From an uncultured virus (IMG/VR IMGVR_UViG_3300044715_000653) (lineage: Duplodnaviria; Heunggongvirae; Uroviricota; Caudoviricetes): a stretch of DNA of 20,000 nucleotides. The position numbers and the translations under genes are program-made. Below, piece by piece: positions 9,026 to 15,140 of the stretch. Where the stretch lies: the IMG/VR virus record IMGVR_UViG_3300044715_000653; one strand, written 5' to 3'. Position 1 is the first letter of the stretch. Every line of letters starts with the position of its first letter. The notes below the pieces were generated by a model, which was not told where the DNA came from, ran no database searches, and saw only the letters and a program-made list of their open reading frames with translations.

Positions 9026-9330
9026 TAATATTCGTCTTCTTCTTCTAGTCTGCCACGTAGATCAGTTACAGACCCTGTTTGACTATTACTACGCAAAAAT
9101 GCTTCAAGCCACGGGCGAGTGTATGCACCAACAACATTACCTACTTCTTTAGTAGATTCAAGTTGATTCGCAATTCTAACCGCTTCCGATAATGCTTCCT
9201 CGAGTTGATCTATTAGATCAGCCGCGTGGCTAGTGCCTTCATCATCCCAAAGTGCTTCTTGGACTGGCTGTTCTAATGAACTACCGTTTTCAACAATCAT
9301 CGCATATTTTTTTAATAAGTCTGAACTCAT
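9025..9330 (-). CDS. Hypothetical acidic protein (101 aa)
   Basis: ATGA overlap with the upstream stop at 9327-9330; N-terminus 'MSSDLLKKYAMIVE'. Confidence 0.7.
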   Translation of the reverse strand: MSSDLLKKYAMIVENGSSLEQPVQEALWDDEGTSHAADLIDQLEEALSEAVRIANQLESTKEVGNVVGAYTRPWLEAFLRSNSQTGSVTDLRGRLEEEDEY

Positions 9331-11324
9331 TTTGTTAGACCTTTTAACAAGCTAGTATATTTGCTCCAGCTAGTATCTTTAGCTTCTGCAACTGCCATTG
9401 GATTGTCACCTGGTTGTGCAATTTTGTAAGCACGTTTAGTAGCATGTAAATCGTTGCCACTTGGAATAGCTGCATCAATGCCAGCAGTTTGTTCACGTGG
9501 GCTGTTTACATATTCTGGATCACGTTCTTCGTCAACAGCATCAACTACTTCTATTGCGCCATCACATGGTTCAACTACACCTTGTGCAATAGCTGACTCT
9601 GCGTCTTGTGGTAATTCAGTTACACCAACTGCTTGAATTGCTGGCTGTGCTGTAACTTCGTCCATGCCTGCTAGTTTACGGAATAGATTAAGTGCATCTT
9701 CTTGTCCGTTAGCTGTAATATTAACATTGATATCTTCTTTAACTGTATAACGTTTACCGGCAACTTCAAACTCTTTAGCACCGCTTGCTTTAGCAGCCGC
9801 TAATGCACCTGAGAATTCATTACCTTCTGCCATATCAGCTTCTTCGATAGCACTGGTATCAGTGAATGTTTTATCACCTAGGCTGAATGTTTCACCAGCT
9901 GGTGTATCTGCTAGTTTACCTGTAAATGCGTTACCTTCAACAACACCTGCGGCAGCATAGAATTTATCATGGCTGAAGCGTGGGTTTTGTTGTTTAAATA
10001 TATCAGCGTGATGTTGTGCTAACTCTTTACGTTTAGCCTCATCTGAGATATTTTTAATTAAATCTGCCACCATACGGAAGTCTTTACGGCTAGCAGCTTC
10101 ATTGATCGAACTTTCATCTAACTCTTCCAAACTAGATCTTTCTAATCCGATTTCTTGTTGTACATCTGCTTCTGCCATCGGAGCAGGCAAGCCAGCTAAT
10201 GCTGCAATTTCATCTAATTCTGATACACCACCTAAGTGACTATTCATTGGCGCACCACATTCAGCAACTTCTTTAGAGTAATGACTATATGATGTTGCTA
10301 CATCACCTAAGAAATCTTCGTCCATTAAAAGAATGTTTCTAGCACGATTAGGTTGTATACCCTGCGCTACCATTTCTTTACGTACTGCATCAGCAAATTC
10401 GCTGTCTGCTGTGTTTAAATTAGGATTTTTTTCGCACAATGCTTTGGCAACTTGCTCATAGAAGTAATCAGTTTCTTCCATTACACGACCTTCTTTAATT
10501 TTAGCAAGTTTAGCTTTTTTCATTTCAGCTTTGCTATTTTTAACTGTATCACCAAATTGTACACTTTCATCTAAATCGCTAACGTCATCTTTCTGTGCGG
10601 CGCCGCCGTAGGCGTTACCGGCAACTTTACGGATTGGTGTATTTGTTTTTTCGCTACCACGTTCAGCACGTTCATCTTCTTGTTTGTCTTTTAATGCTTG
10701 TAAGCGTTTACGTTTAGCTACTGCGTCGGCATCTATTTCTGCCGGCTCATCATAGGCTGCTTCGCTCAGATTTTTTTCTTTCTTCTTCATAGCCGCAACA
10801 AAATCTGCTAGTTTACAATCAGGATTAGATTTTTTAAATTTTTCGTAGTTTGCTTTAAACTTAGGGTGTTTAGGATCATCGAGTGTATATGGGCCGGCGC
10901 CTTCTTTAATTTTTAATTTGCTGGTTAGGTCTTTTGCGTCACCACCAAACATGTCTTTAAACGCACCTTTAGCATTGTTTTTATCTTTAACTGCTTTCTT
11001 AGGTGGTTGATTAAAAGATGAGGAGTGACGTACACCGTATTCATCGTAGTCGTCGCTACTAAAAGGTTCAGCTTTTTTTTCCTTAACAGCTTGCTTCATT
11101 GGCTCTTTTTTATCACCATCCTTATCAACATCTAAAAAGTCTGGTTTAGCTTTAGCTTCTTTAAAAGTTTGATATTTTGCTTCTAAACTTTTAACTGCTT
11201 CGGTGATGCTACCACGTGCATCCACGCTTTCGTAGACTGTAGTAGCTTCTGTATCTGGCGTTAATGCAGCATTGTCAGTAATGCCTTTTAATTTGCCTAA
11301 GATGTTGTAGATGTTGTTGCTCAT
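9327..11324 (-). CDS. Large Glu/Lys/Ala-rich modular protein (665 aa), putative prohead core/internal polyprotein
   Basis: Start set to ATG 11324 (MSNNIYNILGKL) with SD AAGGA; roughly twenty hydrophobic-x-E sites; DxDxDG motif; duplicated 'EGNxFxGxLA' module. Confidence 0.7.
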   Translation of the reverse strand: MSNNIYNILGKLKGITDNAALTPDTEATTVYESVDARGSITEAVKSLEAKYQTFKEAKAKPDFLDVDKDGDKKEPMKQAVKEKKAEPFSSDDYDEYGVRHSSSFNQPPKKAVKDKNNAKGAFKDMFGGDAKDLTSKLKIKEGAGPYTLDDPKHPKFKANYEKFKKSNPDCKLADFVAAMKKKEKNLSEAAYDEPAEIDADAVAKRKRLQALKDKQEDERAERGSEKTNTPIRKVAGNAYGGAAQKDDVSDLDESVQFGDTVKNSKAEMKKAKLAKIKEGRVMEETDYFYEQVAKALCEKNPNLNTADSEFADAVRKEMVAQGIQPNRARNILLMDEDFLGDVATSYSHYSKEVAECGAPMNSHLGGVSELDEIAALAGLPAPMAEADVQQEIGLERSSLEELDESSINEAASRKDFRMVADLIKNISDEAKRKELAQHHADIFKQQNPRFSHDKFYAAAGVVEGNAFTGKLADTPAGETFSLGDKTFTDTSAIEEADMAEGNEFSGALAAAKASGAKEFEVAGKRYTVKEDINVNITANGQEDALNLFRKLAGMDEVTAQPAIQAVGVTELPQDAESAIAQGVVEPCDGAIEVVDAVDEERDPEYVNSPREQTAGIDAAIPSGNDLHATKRAYKIAQPGDNPMAVAEAKDTSWSKYTSLLKGLTK

Positions 11325-11328
11325 TTTA

Positions 11329-11934
11329 TTATTTTCCTTTAACTGGGCTTGGTATTTTATTTTGTACTGAGCCCACTGGGCTTGTTGTTCCTTGTGGTAA
11401 ATCATTTGTTGTTTTACCATCTGCCGGTTCGTTACCAGCAATTTCAAACTTAACTTTGTTTAATTCTTTAAGAAAACTGCCTTGGCTGTATGCTTTACTG
11501 GCTTCTTCCCCACCGGCACATTCGTCAGCTGAATATTCTTTATCTAATACTGCTTCGCCTTTTTTAAATTCACGTACATCGTTGCCTTCTAAATCCCAAC
11601 GACGTTGTTCTTCTGGATGATTAGGTGCAGTTACAACAATATTACTTTGAGCAATACCCGCACGCTCACTAACAATAGCACGCAATTGTGCATCATTTAC
11701 TGGATATGTAAGTACAACATCCATTAGATAAATTTGACAATTTGCCATACTTGGAAAATCGATGTCGCTAGATTTAATTGGCAAACGTTTAGCTTTACTA
11801 AGACTTTGTAAGCCATAAGCATCAAGTGCTGTTTCTAATGCTGCCAATTTGTCCGCTGGATCAATATTAGCAATTTTAATACGGAACTCATAGGTCTTTT
11901 GACTATCAGTTAAATGTTGCAGAAAATTCTTCAT
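11329..11934 (-). CDS. Hypothetical virion-associated protein (201 aa)
   Basis: Start set to ATG 11934 (MKNFLQHLTDS) with GAGGA SD and TAAATA (11956-11961) upstream. Confidence 0.75.
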   Translation of the reverse strand: MKNFLQHLTDSQKTYEFRIKIANIDPADKLAALETALDAYGLQSLSKAKRLPIKSSDIDFPSMANCQIYLMDVVLTYPVNDAQLRAIVSERAGIAQSNIVVTAPNHPEEQRRWDLEGNDVREFKKGEAVLDKEYSADECAGGEEASKAYSQGSFLKELNKVKFEIAGNEPADGKTTNDLPQGTTSPVGSVQNKIPSPVKGK

Positions 11935-11955
11935 AGTTTTATATATCCTCACAGT

Positions 11956-11961
11956 TATTTA
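11956..11961 (-). promoter_or_regulatory. T4-type late promoter core TAAATA
   Basis: AATAAATAACTGTGAGGATATATAAAACTATG on the minus strand. Confidence 0.65.
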
Positions 11962-11976
11962 TTCAAAATTGCTGTT

Positions 11977-12483
11977 TTAATCTGGCTTGCTTTTGCCTAA
12001 TATCTGTGCTAATAGTGCGTTTCTGTCAAGAACTACACCTGTACTGCCATCTACTGCATCAAGCAATTTGTCACCGTCTGTTTTGCTGGCATCTTTGGCT
12101 GCTTGCTGATCTAAACGCATCTTTTTAAGTTGTAGGTCAATTGTACGTATCTTTCTATCAATCTTAGCTTGCTTTGCTGTAATTGCATGCCCTAGCAATG
12201 TACCCGCTGTAGCTAGTATGTGTCCGCTGAAACGTGCTTCGACGTTCATACCCAGATCCATAAGATCCTGGAATTTGTCTTTGGCTAGATCACTTAGCTC
12301 GTCTAGTTCTTTATCAGTTACATCTAAATCGTTAACATGTGGCAATGCCGCATCAATCTTATCAATGGTAAGATCCATTTCTTCAATGAGGGCTCTATTT
12401 TCCTCGATAGTAGTATTGGCATCGTCTACTGAAGGTTCTTCAGTAGGAGCAAGGTTAAATAATTCTTGTAGTTTTTGGGTCAT
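11977..12483 (-). CDS. Candidate terminase small subunit (gp16-like)
   Basis: 168 aa with two long amphipathic helices separated by 'EARFSG' and a C-terminal 'VVLDRNALLAQIL', an architecture like T4 gp16; preceded by a late promoter. Confidence 0.5.
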   Translation of the reverse strand: MTQKLQELFNLAPTEEPSVDDANTTIEENRALIEEMDLTIDKIDAALPHVNDLDVTDKELDELSDLAKDKFQDLMDLGMNVEARFSGHILATAGTLLGHAITAKQAKIDRKIRTIDLQLKKMRLDQQAAKDASKTDGDKLLDAVDGSTGVVLDRNALLAQILGKSKPD

Positions 12484-12490
12484 AGTAAAC

Positions 12491-12498
12491 TATTTATA
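12491..12498 (-). promoter_or_regulatory. Full T4 late promoter consensus TATAAATA
   Basis: TATAAATAGTTTACTATG, 7 nt before ATG 12483. Confidence 0.75.
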
Positions 12499-12500
12499 GT

Positions 12501-12932
12501 TTAACGTTTGGTGTTTTTAAAAATATCAAATTCTGATACTACTCTAAACCGCATACCGTGTGATTTTGCCCATTGATCTGCCATGGCCCATTTGGCTAGG
12601 TTAATTGCTACTGACAGTTTATCTCTATAGCTTTTAGCCGCTTCCATAGTTGTTTCTTTGCTGGGTTTAATTTCGATAAGTTCTGTGTGGCGTTGCTGAT
12701 TTGCATCTAAGTAGACTACAAGAAAATCCGGAATGTACACTGTATTCTTGCCAGTTACTGGATTGCGATATGGAATAGTAATTGCTTCACTGGCCCAGTT
12801 AATTACAGATGGATTGTTGTCGCAAAATGACATAAACGTGAATTCCCAACTGGATCTGTATGTTGGTATACGTTTACCAATATACTTCTCAGTATTTTTA
12901 ATCTGAAATTTGCCGTTTGCGTATTTTGCCAT
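12501..12932 (-). CDS. 4: Head completion protein gp4 (TnsA-like PD-(D/E)xK nuclease fold)
   Basis: 'YRSSWE..FM.FCDNNPSVINWASE', 'IPY', 'YIPDF', 'IEIKP', 'NLAKW..A'. Confidence 0.9.
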   Translation of the reverse strand: MAKYANGKFQIKNTEKYIGKRIPTYRSSWEFTFMSFCDNNPSVINWASEAITIPYRNPVTGKNTVYIPDFLVVYLDANQQRHTELIEIKPSKETTMEAAKSYRDKLSVAINLAKWAMADQWAKSHGMRFRVVSEFDIFKNTKR

Positions 12933-13300
12933 TATGCAAGGATAGATCGTGCTATGTATTTGTTTAGTTGCGGACTGTTACTAAGTCCTAATAGACTAGT
13001 GCCAACTCTATTTAGATTAAGGAACATTGTTAAGTATGCATTAAGTTCATTTTTATTTAATTTACGAAATTCATCTAGTATTGTCATTACATCTATATCT
13101 TGTGTTTGCGCTGTATATATCACAGCGGCCGCCAATGCAGCTCCGCTTTCTCTATTACCTGTTATGGTTTGAAAATATCCAACAACGGCATCATCGACAT
13201 CCTGACTAATTGTATAATTAGGTTTGAAGAAATTATTAAAATAGGTTGTTGTGCTATTTGTATTAATATTATTGAGTGGTAAATTTCCAGTTACTGACAT
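12932..13300 (-). CDS. Hypothetical protein (122 aa) in the tail/baseplate module
   Basis: SD AGGA upstream; TAATG coupling to gp4. Confidence 0.7.
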   Translation of the reverse strand: MSVTGNLPLNNINTNSTTTYFNNFFKPNYTISQDVDDAVVGYFQTITGNRESGAALAAAVIYTAQTQDIDVMTILDEFRKLNKNELNAYLTMFLNLNRVGTSLLGLSNSPQLNKYIARSILA

Positions 13301-13310
13301 ATTATTTCCT

Positions 13311-14357
13311 TTAATTCATATTACCCGAAGATCGTCTAACTCCACTTAATCCCGGGATAGCAGTAGTTGCTTTGGATAACCCTGCTTGTACACTGGATAT
13401 AGTTGGCACAAACACTGTACTTTGTGTATTTTGACCGCGCAATATATTTGTTGCAGTTTGTTTTAATTCAGCGGTTGCAGCAGATTTAATATCAGTATTT
13501 TTAAGATTCCTGCCTGTGCGCAATGCACCCAGTGCTGCGGCGCCAAAGTTGCCCGCGGCTAAATTAGTTAGTACATCTCCCGCACCCTGTACTACACCGC
13601 CTTGTCCAAATATGCTATTGGTGCCTCCGCCTAAACTTGTTAACGGGCTGGCTGTTTTATCATAATGAAGTTGCGCAAATCCTTGTACTTTGCCGCTGGC
13701 CACTGGTCCTGATTCATAATGTATTGCTTCATATGCTACAGTCATACTATGTTCAATAGGGCTATAATCACCGGCAGTATGTTGTCCATGTGCAAAACTT
13801 TGTATTGTTGGATTTATTAAAATATAACTACTAAATGATTTCTGATGTAGACTATAAATTCGAATAGCTGTTATATAATTAGGTGCACCTGTGCCGTTGG
13901 CCAATGGGCTAAATCCCCAGTTCTGCGAAGTACGTTTTTTATATTTAGATTCTTGTTTATATACCTGCTCTTGCTGTTCCCAATCTCTATAATAGTATTG
14001 ATAATAGCCCTGCCAAAAATCACGTACTACGTTAGAACTATCATCATGGAATGTAAGACTAACTGGATCATAGTTAATTCTTTCTTGGTGAATCATTTTT
14101 CTATTGTATGCGTTTAATACTTTATTTTGTACTGTAAATTTAGGCAAGGTAACTGTTTTTGCCATCATGCCAATTTCGGTATTATCACCGGGTTTTATGT
14201 TTGGGTTGATATCAATGAACACATGGAACATCGTTCCAATTTTGGGACTAAGTCTATATAAGCCATCAACAAAAGTCTTAGAGGCATGTTGCCAGTCTTT
14301 TATATTGTCGCCTGTGCCTAATTGTGTTAATAGTTGGTTAAAGAATCCGGCTGCCAT
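13311..14357 (-). CDS. Tail-tube paralogue (baseplate-tube junction/initiator, gp54/gp48-like)
   Basis: 'TVTLPKFTV...YNRK......YDPVSLTFHDD...V' aligns by eye with the adjacent gp19 'FKRPTLEF...YNSK......WTAVTCQLRDD...V'; Gly-rich C-terminal extension. Confidence 0.65.
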   Translation of the reverse strand: MAAGFFNQLLTQLGTGDNIKDWQHASKTFVDGLYRLSPKIGTMFHVFIDINPNIKPGDNTEIGMMAKTVTLPKFTVQNKVLNAYNRKMIHQERINYDPVSLTFHDDSSNVVRDFWQGYYQYYYRDWEQQEQVYKQESKYKKRTSQNWGFSPLANGTGAPNYITAIRIYSLHQKSFSSYILINPTIQSFAHGQHTAGDYSPIEHSMTVAYEAIHYESGPVASGKVQGFAQLHYDKTASPLTSLGGGTNSIFGQGGVVQGAGDVLTNLAAGNFGAAALGALRTGRNLKNTDIKSAATAELKQTATNILRGQNTQSTVFVPTISSVQAGLSKATTAIPGLSGVRRSSGNMN

Positions 14358-14376
14358 TTGTGCTATCCATTTATAT

Positions 14377-14382
14377 TATTTA
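14377..14382 (-). promoter_or_regulatory. T4-type late promoter core TAAATA
   Basis: GATAAATAATATAAATGGATAGCACAAATG, immediately after the gp19 terminator. Confidence 0.65.
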
Positions 14383-14387
14383 TCGCC

Positions 14388-14418
14388 AAAAAAAAAGCCC
14401 GGTAATAACCAGGCTTTT
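14388..14418 (-). terminator. Intrinsic terminator after gp19
   Basis: Minus strand AAAAGCCTGGT-TATT-ACCGGGC followed by T9. Confidence 0.85.
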
Positions 14419-14439
14419 AAGTTGTTTCATTTACGGGTA

Positions 14440-15057
14440 TTAACCAGTAATTGTGCTGCCCAACGTTCTTGCAACAATACTACCAACACCGGTACCAACT
14501 GGAGTTTGGATAGCATTATCATAACGAATTGTTAAACTAATTGTCATAGGATCATTTGTACCGTAGTTAGAATCACCGTAGTCTGCACTTGACAAGTAGC
14601 AACCATATAATTCCCATGATTCAAGAATAGTTGGCTCACTTGCGCCGTTGCCGCCATCTAAGGCTTCCCAACGTGTGACGAATTTATAGTCAATACCACT
14701 AGATGCACTAGATTGTTCCATAAAGTCAAATTGTTTCTGTAGTTGCTCACCAACACGTTTGCTAACTTCACCAGATGCATCATCACGTAGTTGGCAAGTA
14801 ACTGCGGTCCACGTTGGTTTGCCTGCTAGATAGACTTTACTGTTATACACTGGAATTAAAATTTCTTCAAATTCTAATGTCGGACGTTTAAAATCCATAA
14901 CTTGTTTAGTTAACTCAGTTGATGGTTGACTAACACCAAAGTTCTCAAATGTTACGCGAAAGCGGAACTTTAATTTAGGCATTAACAAACCTTGTGCGCT
15001 GGCGCTTTGGTTTGTACTTAGCGGTACGGTAAACTTGCTCAATGATGATGTTGCCAT
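14440..15057 (-). CDS. 19: Tail tube protein gp19
   Basis: 205 aa directly after the sheath; 'FRFRVTF', 'YLAGKPTW', 'WELYGCY', 'LTIRYDNA'; SD AAGGA. Confidence 0.88.
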   Translation of the reverse strand: MATSSLSKFTVPLSTNQSASAQGLLMPKLKFRFRVTFENFGVSQPSTELTKQVMDFKRPTLEFEEILIPVYNSKVYLAGKPTWTAVTCQLRDDASGEVSKRVGEQLQKQFDFMEQSSASSGIDYKFVTRWEALDGGNGASEPTILESWELYGCYLSSADYGDSNYGTNDPMTISLTIRYDNAIQTPVGTGVGSIVARTLGSTITG

Positions 15058-15075
15058 CTTAGTATTCCTTTTATA

Positions 15076-15081
15076 TATTTA
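15076..15081 (-). promoter_or_regulatory. T4-type late promoter core TAAATA for gp19
   Basis: CTAAATATATAAAAGGAATACTAAGATG on the minus strand. Confidence 0.65.
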
Positions 15082-15093
15082 GTTCTTTCTTAG

Positions 15094-15128
15094 TACATAA
15101 CTAGGGAAGTCACCTTCCCCATTATGTG
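15094..15128 (-). other. GNRA-capped stem-loop between sheath and tube genes
   Basis: Minus strand CACATAA-TGGGGAAG-GTGA-CTTCCCTA-GTTATGTA; no U-tract. Confidence 0.65.
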
Positions 15129-15140
15129 CGTACTTTATTA

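Noticed and set aside
11325..11447. Upstream in-frame extension of the 665-aa ORF overlapping the 201-aa gene (possible +1 frameshift fusion)
   Set aside because: A good SD (AAGGA) precedes ATG 11324, and no convincing slippery site or stimulatory structure was seen.
12501..12932. TnsA-like nuclease as evidence of a Tn7 transposon
   Set aside because: The motifs and context match T4 gp4 head-completion protein; there is no tnsB/tnsC and no terminal repeats.
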